Assembly: GCA_030265395.1 (NCBI GenBank)
Contig: JARFYF010000046.1
Location: 13,189,777 to 13,253,776, forward strand
Source: Rhina ancylostomus
Taxonomy: Eukaryota
Direction of reading: 5' to 3'
DNA length: 64,000 nt
Every line of letters starts with the position of its first letter. Position 1 is the stretch's first letter. The notes beneath the pieces are model-generated. The model was not told the DNA's origin and did not search any database. It was given only the letters and a program-made list of their open reading frames with translations. Below, one piece after another: positions 63,981 to 64,000 of this stretch. A program made the position numbers and the translations under genes.

Positions 63981-64000
63981 GTAAGAAGAACAACAGAATA

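Overview
Eukaryotic, AT-rich, CpG-depleted, repeat-dense genomic DNA from a gapped draft scaffold with many 100-N gaps. The repeats I recognise from memory point to a cartilaginous fish, probably a batoid (ray, sawfish or guitarfish); this is an inference. They include CR1 LINEs, L2 tails, Deu-domain SacSINE1-like SINEs, HE1-like SINEs, Penelope-like termini, Harbinger Myb/SANT relics and a decayed Ty3/Gypsy pol. There is no prokaryotic content, CRISPR array, rRNA, tRNA or confidently identifiable protein-coding gene. Nearly all entries in the ORF track are chance ORFs, N-gap read-throughs or decayed transposon frames. The best leads are: (1) a chain of short, phase-compatible candidate exons on the minus strand (about 77-11.7 kb, possibly extending to a transmembrane-like exon at 33.3 kb) with no homolog I recognise; (2) recurring fold-back modules made of head-to-head Penelope-like termini that carry hammerhead-ribozyme cores; (3) an isolated near-perfect 25-bp hairpin at 49.16-49.22 kb; (4) an interleaved double inverted repeat at 37.19-37.25 kb. 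I did not find a new biological system that I can support with confidence. Repeat boundaries are approximate (read by eye).
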